A stretch of DNA of 64,000 bases from Raillietiella orientalis (lineage: Eukaryota). The notes under the pieces were generated by a model, which did no database searches, was not told the DNA's origin, and saw only the letters and a program-made list of their open reading frames with translations. Position numbers and translations under genes: made by a program. Below are positions 1 to 12,981 of the stretch, one piece after another (the first letter of the stretch is position 1; each line of letters opens with the position of its first letter). Location of the stretch: assembly GCA_036172245.1 (NCBI GenBank), contig JAYWIR010000001.1:3100001-3164000 (forward strand), given 5' to 3'.

Positions 1-3000
1 GCTCCATCTCGTTTGCCTTGAAAATGGTTACGGAAGGGTGCCGCCTGGCAACTCCGTGGACCGAGCAGTAGAGAAAACAGCCAGCAAAGGTCGGCGGTCA
101 CAGCTTGGCACCGCCGCCTGCCGACATACTGGTTGGTGGGAGCGACTTTGATGAATCACATAGGGATTCACCAAGAAAAGAGTGGATAGGAGCGTCTCCG
201 AAGGACTTCTCGTTTGTCAAGGACTCGAGCGGGACGGCACTAGCCTTATTAAACAGGGGCGGATGAACGAGTGGGGGTGGGGGGTGGCTCCATTTCTTTG
301 GATCGGGTATCCAGCATCAGCCACGGTAATAAATTGGTATGTCTGACTCGTTTTTCTCTCAGTAAACCTCTCGATGGCATGAAACAGCATCTGATAAGGT
401 CGACGAGGATTGAGATGATTTCGATCTTGTCCGTCCTTCATCGATTCCGTTTAAAAATAACTTTTCCGGTGGTTCGGAATTGCATTTCTCTTCTTTCCAG
501 GAGTTCCTGTCAATTCCTGTGAAGTTTCCTCGTCAGTTTTGCTCTGCTGATCGTCCTCAAGCTCGATCGAACCACCACTGGTTGTCACGAGAGTCCGGAA
601 AGAACAGCACCATCTTCCGATTCGAGTCCTGTTCTCCCTACCGCCGATGCTAAGAGTGACTTTTTTTCCCTTCAGGCATTCCTCAGAGCGATCTGCATAC
701 CGTTGGCATTGGGTGCGTGTGCCGTTCTCCTTGCGGAATCCACGTCAGCAGCATTCCCTGTCTCGTACCGAATGTGTCCCAATGCTGAGCAGAGCATTCA
801 CATGTTTGGGTAGGGTCCATTCGGGATTGTTCGGATTGTTAGACTCAGTTCCTTGCAGGAACTGGTCTTTGCTCCCCACGAAGTCCAACTGAGGTTTGGT
901 CTTCATCGCATGCGCCAACGGAGGATGTTCCCAAGTCGGACCTTCAACGAAATGCACCCCTAACTTGCCAATCCTGATGACTCCGGAACCTTCACCACTC
1001 CTTTCCCTTTCCCACCAAAGAATGCAAAGACAAGGACTGTGTGAAGAGGCGTACGTGCACGACTGGAGTTCGTGCTTCCCTTCGCGTGGACCAGACTCAC
1101 GCGTTTTGCGCACACTACAGATACGCGTTCCCTCGAAAGCACCGTTGCATGGATGCCTTCTCTCGCCCGTCTTCCCTCGGACTTTTTCGAATTGACCCCA
1201 AAGAGTCGCTGCTCGCATTTTGCGCTGGGACCTCCAGCGCTGCATCTGTGTTCGGATGCTGAACTTGAGGGGTGCTGCTGCGCGAATCGCCAGTGGCGCC
1301 TCACTCAGACAGATCCGGAAGTGCTCTCCGATGCGGAAGGAGTCTCGGGAACGCATCGCTCGTCCAGAGAAACACGGATGCTGCTTTCGCGCTTGCAGAG
1401 AGGATTTTCCCGTCCTTTCGTTCTGAGCCAGGATCCCGGAATCCAGGCTCTTTTCTATTTACTCATCCTGTTGTCTTTGCAGCACCCTCCCTTTGTTCTC
1501 GGTCTTTTGCTCTCTTCAGCGAGGAAAGAGCGCTGTTGTCTTGATTGGCTGCGCTGCAGCTCGCGCCACGAACCTGCGACTCTGTGAATCAACACGTGGA
1601 CGAACGATGCGGAAAATACTCTGCAGGCCGAAGCATCCGGGATGAAGGAGGCGAGCGGTCCCGTGAGCAGGCTTCTGACACCTCTGATCTTCTTCCCGGA
1701 GACGGATCCACCTCTTATCGCGCAGTCACGTGCGGGCCTGACCTCGTTCGCTCACCTCTTCCAGCAGAAAGCCTTCGCGAAGACGCTTCCCGAGAGAGGC
1801 TTGAAGCAGGCTCGTTGGTTTGCTTGCTCCCCAAAGTCCTGGGATCCCCCGTCTCTGCGCTTGCCGGGGTGGCCACGCTTGTGGGTGCAGCAGCTCCTCT
1901 GAGGAAGGAACTTCCAGTTGAGCTCAACACATCCGCAAAAAAATGTTTACTCGTTGGCTGACTACTGCGTGAGATGCGGGCTGCACCCGCGCTTTGAAGT
2001 TGCACCGGGAACCGCGCCCTTCGCAGAGCGAGACGTTGGATTTCCAAAACGTGCTGTTTAGCTTCCCCCCCCGGCCCGCCCCCTCATCCTCTCTCTCCCG
2101 CAATCACGAAGGATGAAAACACTGAAATTTCGTGAGGCTGTCCTATGAGAGCGGCTGAACGGCACTAAATCTGCGCTTAGAGAGTTTTCTGATGTGCAGA
2201 TGGCATCTCAACCCGGTCCTCTGTCCTTTAAAACTCAAAAGTCCCAAGTGAACCTTAAAACGCTTGGTAGTAGAAGTCCCCAGCTGGCACTGCTTGCCTT
2301 GCCGCCTCTTCCCGAAGTGTTTTGAAAATGTTCCGAAGGAGAGGAAAAAAGGAGAAAAAAAAAAAGGCCAGAAAGAATAACAGGGGACCCTGAAAACCTA
2401 AACGGGAAACTCGTCGGGACCAGCGCAAACACCGAAGGATCGTAAAAACGCTGATTCCAAAACAGGCTATTGTGTTTCTCCGTTCGGGACAGTTCAACTC
2501 GTACTGAAAGTCAGTCCCCCGACTGCCCAAGGTTTTGTTTACTTTGAGCGTGACGGATGACCATTCTCACAATGAGGCGGACTCTATCCGTGCTGCTCTT
2601 ATTCTGTTTACACATTTCTGTGATTGCGTCGCCACGTAACAGCACAAGGTCCATAATTGTTTCCATTCTGGTTTCCTAGGCAAAGAAACGAGTGTTTCGG
2701 ATGTGGAGGATACATGCCTGCGATTCCTGTGGGAGAAAAGAGAGAAAAAAAAAAAAAAATCGATCGCCGAGAAAAATCAGCTGAAGTAGTGATGGTGGTG
2801 AGCCTTCCACGCGTGATCGTTCTTCTGGATAATGCGATCACCACGCGTTTCTCCTGCAGAGTTTGAATTCCAAATTTCCCCCCATTCGCCGTGATTTTTG
2901 GCTCCAGATGCGAAGAAGAGGAGGAGTGAAAACACTGGGACAGGGAGGGAAACAAGCATTTTTCACAGTTTCGAGATTTTTTGTGGGAAGACAGTTATCT

Positions 3001-3089
3001 AGCGGTTCCATTCAGTCCTTGCTTGCTTGTTTCTTCTTTACGGGAATAGCTCACGGAACACTCGTGCCAGATTCTTCCCACCGCCGTTC

Positions 3090-4420
3090 ACCGGGATCGC
3101 TTCGTGAATCGAGAGAGCCGGGCTGCGCATCCGATGCGTGAACCCATCAAGATGATGAAAGTCCCCTTGAAAACGATTTCTTTTATCTCAGAGAGCGTGG
3201 TGATCTTGGGGCATTCGTTTGCTTCCTGCCCACGCCTCTCGAACAGGCTGAACGGGAAGTTGCTCGACGACTCATCTTCCTTCCTGGCCATTCATCCATC
3301 TGCGACGGATGCCATGAACACCGACCAGAACTCCAGCTCGAAAAGCTTCCAGAGCAAAGACTGGCATCCACCGGATATGAACATTCGAGAGAATCGGTTC
3401 GCGAGAAGTTCTTCATCGCCAACATCCTTCCGATGCTTTGCAGGAGGTCGCATTCATATCCATCAGGACGAATTCGCGCAATAATTTTTTTGCCGAATAA
3501 CAGACGCGAGGAGCAGATACGGTTTCAATCAGATTTGGTTTCAAGAGAGCATGCTGAAACGTTCCTCCTATGTGTTTCCAGTTTCTCATGAGCATTTCAG
3601 GAACGCACGACGTAGGCGACCAGCTGCTCTCTTTCTGCGTGGACCGTCGCGGAGTTGGTCAGTTCGCACCGCGTGGACCGAGTTCAGAGCGCATCCTACC
3701 AGTCTTCCGAGTTTCCATCAGTTGAGGGCAAAAAAGCTTATCTGAAGCTTGGTCTCTGCCTTGCGTCACTGGCCATGACTCGGGCCAAAACTATGCTCGT
3801 GTAAATCCCACTCAAGGATGCCAAAGAATGTGATTCAATGAAAAAGTGCGCATCACTTTTCCCTTTCGGATGCGCCGAACGTGTCTCGTGAGATGCTCCA
3901 AATGCTGTTCCTCATCTGGCTTGCTTGTTGCAACACCGCCACGGACAATCTAGCGACGGGTACTTCAAATGACATCTAGCAGTGTTTTGCATAGTTTGCA
4001 TACGTTGGATGTGGATCAGAGTTTCCTCTCCTGGGGCTTTGGAAATCCTGCTTGAGAGCGCTGCACAATTCACTTGAACCTTTTGGAAATCGGGCATCTC
4101 ACGAGAATGGTCCAGATGGTAGCTCCTTCGGGCGCAAGATTCCTGCTTTTCGTTAGAGCGCAAGGATCTCTATTTGGCCGATACGTTTGTTCTTCCATGA
4201 TTCAATATGGCGATGATATGTGTATGGAAGAATCCTGGTGATGGACGAAGTAGCCAACGTTTCACTATCCTCTGCATCTCCTCGTCAACAAGGAAGAGGA
4301 CCTCTCCCTGAGTTGCTCCTACTGCATGTTCGGACCGTTGAAAGAAACCCAGATGCTGAGATGAAGCGTACAATGAAGGGTTACGAGAGGCCATAAAACT
4401 CTTTTTCCACGATGATACCA
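3090..4420 (-). pseudogene. Decayed protein-coding remnant of unknown family
   Basis: Protein-like minus-strand segments (4170-4421, 3912-4163, 3413-3595, then DVGDEELLANRFSRMF...FELEFWSVFMASVADG*MARKEDESS...) are joined only through a frameshift and in-frame stops. No domain recognised. Confidence 0.3.
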
Positions 4421-5185
4421 ATGCGTTGGTGAATCGTTGGGAATTATATCGACAAAGAGAGCGAGTGACTCACATGTGTTGTAAATCAAAACGGACATCT
4501 CATTAAAGGAGGATCGCTTTCGTCTGAACCACTGTGCTTAGTAAGTCTCCCTTGTTTTCAGATCGACCTATCTCGCATCCTCTTACAGGTGTGTTTTTTT
4601 TTTTTTTTTTTTTTCAAATTAATGACTGTCTTTATGAGGGTGTATTTATATTTCCTTGGAAACCATAGAAAACCGACCCTCTGCAGCACCAAGAATCATC
4701 TCCAGTTCTTCTCGTGATGTCATAGCACAAACTTCTCCCTCCTTGTTGCTATCGGTTAGCGTTGCTAGTGCCATTGCCTAACGCACCCGAAGTCATAGGT
4801 TTAAGGATTAGATGGGTTTGGCTGAAGTCAGAATTTCCTGTTATCGAGGCGCTCAGCTGCTTAGTTACGTTATGGACTTGGTTTCGATGCTCTTGTCCAG
4901 GTTGACGTTTCGTAAGCTCGTAAGCTCGCTGTCGATGCTCGAGAAGAAGCGCTGACTTCAGCCAAGTTGTTTCTTCCCTTCCTCTGGAACTCGCTGTGTC
5001 CTGGAGCCGTGCGACGAACTTCCAAGTGCAGTGCACTTTCGTTTGGTCAAGTGTTTATGCTGCTGGGACCGCCGCAGCGCACAGTAGGGAACATTTGTGA
5101 TATTTTCGAAGGTTTCTCTGGGAAGTGAAGCCACGAAATGCTATTGCCAGGAATCAGGATGGATATGCTAAGTTAATTTAAGAGG

Positions 5186-5447
5186 CATTCGGGCGTGGCA
5201 CCGGTGGTCGTTTAAGCCGGTGGCCTGGAAGGAATCAAGGAGTGGGGAGTTCCCCCTCCGGTCGTACAACGGAGAGAGGACCCCCCTCAAGGGGGGATCC
5301 CTTCGGTTTCAAGATGGAGCAGGAGCCCTCACGGGCACCTCTCCAGTTGTTCAAAGGAATGGACCCCCCCTGCTGCGGGGGGGGGACCCTCCGAGTCGCC
5401 GCCTCTTCACAGAGTGCAAGGAAGCAAGCGAGAGCAATTTTCTCAGG
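5186..5447 (+). mobile_element. SINE copy S1, internal fragment lacking head and tail
   Basis: Aligns with about 9744-10035 of S2 (e.g. ttcggtttcaagatggagcaggagccctcacgggcacctctccagttgtt is shared) with an internal deletion. Confidence 0.85.
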
Positions 5448-8400
5448 ATATTTTAGGAACATTTGCCCCGAGGTTCCGTTTGGGCTCTGAAATTCTCCTT
5501 TTTTTTCTTCTCAACTGCTTTGATGAGTGAAAAGCCCTTTGCAGTGTTTCAGCACGATCTCATTAAAGATTGGGATCATCATCCTTATTTGCTCCTCTTT
5601 TTTTGTTTCTTTTGATACGGCTTCCTAGTAGCACAAACTTGCGGGACTTGACAGGACTGAACCCCTGTTCCATAGAATTCAAAGTTTCATTCTATCGTTC
5701 CAAATTTCTGCTTTAAATACCGCTTGTTATAACAACTGCCACATTCCTCTTTGACGGATCGGCTTGAAAAGGATCGAAAGTGTCTGCACAGAAAACCAAG
5801 CCATCAGCAAATTCCATCCCTCGTAGACGTCGATGGACTTTTCTGGTCCTTGCTCACCGTATGAGAGCGCGTGTGCATTCGAGACTTTTCACACGATGAT
5901 CTTCTGCCGTAGTCACAGGAATTCAACTTTCTCTGGATTCCATAAACGCACGTGGAAGCTGGAACTATTTTGGAGGGAGCATTTTTAAACCTGTTGATTT
6001 TTTTTTTTTTTTTTTGGTTTTGATTCCGGCGTTTCCTTGACCCACAAACGGTTGCTTTCCGAGGACAAACAAACACGATCCTGGAGCACAGTGTTTTCCC
6101 CTGATTCTTTCTGCCCTTCACCGTGGAGAAGATTTGTGAAGTTTGTTTTGCGAGCCTCGAGTTGGTTTCTTCTAGACGACGTGCTGCCATCTCTTTGGGA
6201 AGCCGGGAGTCTCCTCGGCTGCCGGAGAGGGATCAATCGAAGGGCTGAGAGCAGCTAGGGATTCCGCTCACACCAAGACAGACAGCAAGCTGGGAGGACG
6301 AGATGTGGCTAAGGAGAGGCACAGAGACCAAAGCGAGGAACTCTTCGAGAACCAAATCAGAAAGGCGTGAAAAATGGATTTAGCTTATCAAGTCATTCGA
6401 GGGTAACAGAAAGATGCACTGCCTTGGAAAGGGCGTTGTTCCAGGGGAGCGCGTCTTCAAGATGAATTTCTGAAAGTGATCCATCAGGCCGTTTCATCAA
6501 ATACGAATTCCGTTCGGCATGAAGCTGCAAGTGATGCAGCTGCACTCTTACGTTAACTATGGCTCCCTGCTCCCTTACATGAAGGCAAATCAAACCAAAC
6601 CTGTTGCTGAACTCCGTTTTTTCCCTCCCTTTTTTGCGTTTAGCAACGGGGATTGGTCTGCTCTTTGATTTTTCGGAGAAAAAAAAATGGGGCAACGGAA
6701 TATAAACGGCACTTTTCCAACATTGGGATATACAGACTGCGATTAAAACTGTCAGTGTGACCAGCAGGTTGGAAAAATACGATCCACCATTCTAAAAAAA
6801 AAAAAATAGCAGCATGCTTATCTGTAATCATCCATAGTCAATTCCCTGAGCACATCAGTTACCTGTGAGACATATGGCGCAATTCTCGTACGAAATTGTC
6901 CTCAAATCGTGGCGAATCCACACATGACTGCAGATTGAGGGGGAGGAGAGGGGAGGAGCATATAAAGATATAAAGATGAATGAAGATGGTGGCTAATCGA
7001 ATAGCATGAAACAGATAGATCCTGTATTGAGAAGGGCAGCTGAGGAAGAAAGAATCCGACGCTACCATGGAGACTCAGTAGAATCTGTTTGGAAGACACA
7101 CGACGGACACTCTTGAAAGCTCTGCAGAGACGAAGCATCCTGAAAGCTGAAAGAGGGATGTTCTTTGGTGCACTCAAGCAGCGGGCTAATGCAGAGCTGA
7201 AAGTGAAAGCGAAGTACCCACCAGCGGAGGTCTGCGGAAGCGAAAATTCCTCCCAGGAATTCTGCAGCTGTCACGCAAATTTGCAGACGAATCCCTCTTG
7301 AAATCGGAGCCCTTGCGGTCGTGCCATTAAATTTGCACAGTTCGGAGGAGGCGAATGCCATCGTTGGTTTCCACAGAAGACAACTCCAGATTCCCGACCA
7401 CCGTGTTACCTCCTCGCGTCATTTCGTCCCTGGCATCGGTGCAATCAGCGCATTCTTCGAGTCGAACGACCACCAGAGAAAAAGCCTTCCGAGATTTGTC
7501 ATCTGCCATCGAGATGTCCGCAAACGGCGATTATCTCTTGCAGCAGTTTTGTCTTCCGCTCCTAATTCTTCCTCTGTCTGTCTTTTTGTCGGTTTTCGCT
7601 CCTCGCAGCGTTCCTCCCTGGTGGGCTCTTCCCGTCCCTCATTCGGGTGACCAAGAGATCGGCTGAGACCGTGCGGGGCAGCTCGAGAAAGACTCTTCAG
7701 CGGTGGGTTCGTTCCTCTCCAGCCTACTTACCGCTAACCGAGGCGGCAAACCACCACCAGCAGTAGCACGTGATGCATCCCATTTCCATTACTCAATACA
7801 TGGCTCAATAAATCAAACACGTTATTTATTTATTTACTTATTTTTTCTTCACTTTTTCGTTTTGCTTCTTTCCCGGATAACTGATTGCACCATGTGAAAC
7901 GTAATTAATGAAATATGCACGCGCACATAAAACGTAGGTATTTGGGAACACACCTACATGCATAAATATGGACATGCCATCGGAAGGGGGGCACATGTGA
8001 CTCTTAAAAGTGGCTGCAATCAAGAAAAGAAAAGAAAAAAACATGCAAACCTCCTGTGCTGTGCTTGCCATTTTCCAAATTGGAAGGAGGAAAAAAAAAA
8101 AAGATTCTATGTACATCCTGTATATACGTAATGAATTATTTAGCCTTATGCACTTTCAAAATAACAAAGCGCTGAATTCGTAAATATGCAAATTCACGGA
8201 GACATCTCGCCTTTTAATTAGTTATTCCCATTTTCCATACTTCCAATAATACGCACTCTACAAGTCAGGTAAAATAATCAGCTGTTCATGGTCTCCGTAA
8301 GGATCGCAGATGCTTCATCTTTATGAGCGCAACATCCAGTGGTACGCTACCTTACTGATAAATACCTCATCTTCACAAAGCGATGGGGCATTCCCTCGTA

Positions 8401-9591
8401 TTGTATTTGCTTCATGTCGTGTTCGAAATGTGGCATTCCGTTAAGTACTTACTATACTTACAAAATCATGCATTCAAATATGGTATTTCAAAATTAGCTT
8501 CAAAGTATTTGGAAACAGGAATCCATGTTATGTAGGTTTTTATCCCTGCTTCCAGCCGTGAGTTATGTACTTTTTTTAGGTACATGTCGTGTATGCCTTT
8601 GGTTACACGGATTGCAGATGCCGAGTCGAAAGGCATTAAAGCATCGCTTTTTCTTATACAAAGGTCAGGCGGAAAGTACGCTAAGGAAAGCGACACACGG
8701 AATGTGGAATTCGTGTTCCCATCCGAAGAGTGTTTTGACACAAGCAAATAAAGGATTGGCGCTTCATCTGAATTTGTCTTTCCCCAAAATTGGCCGGAGA
8801 AGCGTGGAAGTCCTCCAGCCTGGTTCGAGAAAACGCGCCGAAGATCAATCATCCACCACCATCAGGTGTCCTGGACCCTCGGAAGAGCAATTTCATCTGG
8901 ACATGTAGCAGGCAGGCGCAAGCGAATGTGCTTCTTTGCCTATGCGAAATGACATGTGGCCGGATTTGGCCCCAAAATAAATGCTGGGCGTTTGTTCAGG
9001 TGGAAAATGGAACTGGAAGGAAGGGATTCTTTCGAAAGGAAACGGAAGATTTCCTTATCTCTTTGCACAAATCCCCCAAAGAGGTTCGAGCATACGCGTT
9101 TACATTGAACTTACTGGTGCCACTCTCCGGCCGCGCCATCAGCACGATTTTCGACGAATCGAGCACCTGGAAACGCCTTTTTCTTCCTTTCCATTCCATG
9201 AAAAGTGCAACAACGATACGAATTACGAAGATGGTTTTCCATAATCTTCCCTCCTGTGCATGAAAGTCGGTTTGATGACCCACGGGCAACTTTTTCCTAG
9301 ACTTTTTCCTTTGCGGATCCTGGCTATTCTTCTTCTAACTTCATTCCAGCTGCAGCTTCCATTGGATGATCTGCATCATCCGGTGCGGGTGTCCCAGTCC
9401 GTCACTTTTACTTTGACGTAACGAAAAGGCTGAGAAGCGACGGTCTCTTGCTAAGAAAGGACTTGCGAACATCTTGCACTCTGCACCCGTTTCGTGCGGA
9501 GCTGTTGGTTTCCCATCTCAAATTCACGGGATTCTCTCGCATACTAGTTTATCGAACAGCCCATCCGGCTTGTCTCTAAATCTGTAGAAAG

Positions 9592-10688
9592 CCCGCGTCG
9601 GAGGCTTTGTGGTTAAGGCTTCCGCGCGTGGCACCAGAATGAAATGATGCAACCCACAGCCTCACACCATGCGTCGCGGGTTCGAATACTTCGGCAGAAA
9701 CTGACGCCACTGCGTCGTTGGGTTTCACCTGCAATGGCCTCATCATTCGGGCATGGCACGGGCGGTGGATTAAGCCGGAGGCCCCCGATGAAGGCCGGAA
9801 CAATGGGAGTCGACCTTCGGGTTCTCCCAGGAATCAAGGACTAGGGAGTTCCCCCTCTGGTCGTGCAACGGAGAGCGGACCCCCCTCACCGGGGGACCAC
9901 TTTCGGTTTCAAGATGGAGCAGGAGCCCTCACGGGCACCTCTCCAGTTGTTTAAAGGAGCGGACCCCCCAATTGCGGGGGACCCTCCGAGTCGTCGCCTC
10001 TTCAAAGAGTGCAAGGAAGCAAGCGAGAGCGATTCCCTGCGGGAAGCTGCAGCGCCCCTTCTGAGTTTCGGGAGCGTCCCTTCGGGGTTCTCTTCAGAGG
10101 AGTGAACAGGAACGGTTCCCTTGCGGGTTCCCTCCGGAGAAGAAATTCCTACTAGCGGATCCTTTCCGAGTTACCTTCGAAGAAGATGAAGTGGAGAGGA
10201 GCACCCCCCTCTTCCGGGGTGGTCCCTCCAGAGAGAATGAGGAAGGAGATTCCCTTCGCGGTTCCCCTTCGGAGACAACCAGGGTGGGAGGTGCGATCCT
10301 CCCCCCCGTCCGGAGGTGATCCCTCCCCAAGCGTGAGAGGAACGGACTCCGAGTCCTTCCTGGATTCACAGGGCGGATCTCCATCCCGGGGTTCCCCCTG
10401 TCCTGAAGAATTACACACCCCCTTGCGGGTTGTCGCAGGGGAGTGGCGTGGAAACTAAACAGTGTGTTTAAAAAGAGCCACGTGCGCCGCGAGGCACGCG
10501 ACCGGCTCTGAGGTACTTAGCGAACCAAAAAAAAAAAAAAGCCCACAAAAAAAAAAATAATCTGGAAGGAAAAAACAGCGAAGACAGAAGAAAAAAGAAG
10601 GACCCAGGATTTCCAAAGAAGGATTTCCATCATCCTAGGCCAATAGTAACGATCTCTTCGTGGGGTCGTTACTGGCCTTTTAAATAAA
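9592..10688 (+). mobile_element. Full-length tRNA-headed SINE-like element with hairpin array, copy S2
   Basis: A-box-like TGGTTAAGG near 9610 and B-box-like GGGTTCGAAT at 9678. Followed by a tandem stem-loop body, an internal A-tract (10527-10557) and a tail ending AAATAAA. Perfect 14-bp TSD AAATCTGTAGAAAG at 9578-9591 and 10689-10702. Seven other homologous copies in the window. Confidence 0.92.
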
Positions 10689-12924
10689 AAATCTGTAGAA
10701 AGTAAATAGAAGCTAGGAAGGAAAATACTGTATAACATCAAAGGACTAAGCCAGAAAAAGCGAGTACTGAAACATACACAAAGTTATTTTTAGAAAGTTG
10801 ATCTTGAGCATGTTGCCAGTTTGAACTGCAAGACACAGAATTTAGTTGCAGAGACCTGACGAAATGCTTTGGGGCAGGTTCTTCGGGCCCTGACGAACAA
10901 GGGCAACAGAACCAGCGAATGCACGTGAAGGTCATCTGAAGATCCCCAGACTCTCTGCGTGGAATTTTCTTCCATCGATGCCTTAGTTACAGTACTGCTC
11001 CTTTCCCATACAAAAAATCAATGCATGAGCCATTCGATGGGACCTTTATTCATGCCTCTGGATACAGTGGCGGATCTTCAGGGAAGGCGTAGCACGTGCA
11101 CTCCTCAACGGAAAAGATGGTAAGCCAAGCCACTAGGCTCCGCTTCACTGACACTTTGATAAGATCGATCGATCCTCAATAGGTAGTGATACCTGTGATC
11201 TGAAGAGAGACAGCGAAAGCAAACAGACAGACAGTCCATCTCGAAACCAAGCAAAAGCATTCGAACGAGATCGCATTCCATTTGCAAAGCTAAAGGTGCC
11301 TTCCAGGGATTAAAATAGCTTAAAGGGTTAAGCAGCATGGCTTGCACTTCGGTTTCTGAACTCGAGTGCACCAAGAGGTGCTCTCAGGAATCCCTTTTGA
11401 GGTCCTTACATCCCTCTTGGATGAAATGAAAATGTCTCTCCATTGCACATCAGCTCCTATGCTTTATAACCGTCTTTGACGCTTCCGGAACAAACCCTTG
11501 ATGAAAGTAAAGAATGTTAATGACTTCGTGCATTTTCACCGGTTCGAATTCGGGTGACTTTGCTGAAAACAGCAGGGAACTCCGATGCTCGAGTCATCAG
11601 ACACAACTTTTTCTGTCATATTTGCTTCGAGCCCGTGTTTACCTGAGAGGAATGCTCTCCTGGATGAAATTTCCATCAGATACGTGGGGATTTTGAATCA
11701 AGCAGCTCTCGCAGTTTCCTTGGCCACGTAGGCACTGGCGTCGTCTGCTGAAGTCTACTTTTTCCGAGTGCCTCGAGTCTCTTGAATAGGCGAACACCGG
11801 AACACTCTTTCTAAAGGGGAAACCTGGCTAAATTATTGAAAAATGATGGATGCAAGGAAGAAGGAAGAAAAGAGAGAGACACCAAGCAGCACTCGTTCGG
11901 GAGTGGGCGTTGCCCACTCCTGGAAACCCCTTGGAAAGCTTCTGAATTCTACTTCCTGAAAGCAATCACGGGAATGCTGTTGAACTGAGCTCTCATTCAC
12001 TCCGGTAATGTCACCTAATGACCGTCGGTCAAATTTGAAATGTGGGTTCCTTGCTAGAACGAGGGCTTTTAATCTCTGGAAGCAAACAACCCATACGGAA
12101 ACACATGCATTTGCGGATGCGTGCGGATGGCTTTCCATCTCATGAAGATGAAGACATCCAGCCATTTGCTGGAACATCACGGCTTCCTGAAGACTGGAGT
12201 GATTTCGGAGCCGAACGAAAGCGGAAAGCTTCGAGAATTTTCTCATAATGACGACATCAGCATGCCAAGCATGCTGCTTGACAGCAGTGCCAAGAAACCA
12301 TCGTCTGGAACAGCGTTTCCCCATGGCGGGACACTTGGCAAATCCTGGAATTTCAACGGAATACCTTGGTTATTTGGTAGGGTGGGGCCAGATACGAATG
12401 ACGAATGAAGTCAAGCAAGTAAATAGGAGAGCCAAGAAAACAAAGCAAAAACATGTATTCTCGAATTTTAATTATGTGAAATGTTCGTGATTTTTTCCGG
12501 AACGCTTATCGACTTTCCGCGGAACACAGTCTGAGAAACGCTGACCTAGAAGGGTGCCCCCTACTATACAACTCGGCTGCAAGGTCACCTAGCATCGTCA
12601 GACATGGAAGAAATTACTCTTGCAGCAATTCACGCGATTTTCGTTTCCCGTTGGAGATGATTTTTCCAGCTGATCTTTCCCGGTGACAGGCGGCAAATGC
12701 TTCTCAGTGAATTGGAAAAACAATTTTAGCAATGTTTTGTAAAGATATAAATCTTTGCGCTGCATCGGTGTCAATCACTTACGAAATGAAAAAAAGAAAA
12801 GGAAAGAAATTAACTGCAGCTTCAGAAATCTCCTGCACCCGAAGCAGGAGATCATCCTGCAATGAGTACGCTGACTACATACTTCTTGTACCAAAGTGCA
12901 CACCAGATTTAGATATGGGGAGAG

Positions 12925-12981
12925 ATCACTGCGGGTGATGTCGAGAATTTGCAAGAGCCGGGGTTCGATTCCTGCTCGGGA
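12925..12981 (+). mobile_element. Degenerate solo SINE head or tRNA-like fragment
   Basis: ggttcgattcctgctcggga resembles the S6/S7 head ggttcgaatcccactcgggg, and upstream actgcggg is shared with S7. No complete cloverleaf. Confidence 0.35.

Noticed and set aside
3280-3420. Stop-codon reassignment (TGA read as Trp) to rescue broken ORFs
   Set aside because: The same remnants also contain frameshifts and TAA/TAG stops and use TGG, so ordinary decay explains them.
9592-9700. Functional tRNA genes at the GGTTCGAAT motifs (also near 17100, 21355, 31050, 39330, 41785)
   Set aside because: No consistent cloverleaf or anticodon, and each motif continues into the same repeat body.
9860-10330. CRISPR-like array of palindromic repeats
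   Set aside because: Units are degenerate, linkers are short and conserved between copies rather than unique spacers, there are no cas genes, and the context is a eukaryotic retroposon.
10527-10544. A14 tract as the SINE poly(A) tail with an aaagccc TSD
   Set aside because: Homology among copies continues about 130 nt further, and the 14-bp TSD lies at 10689-10702.
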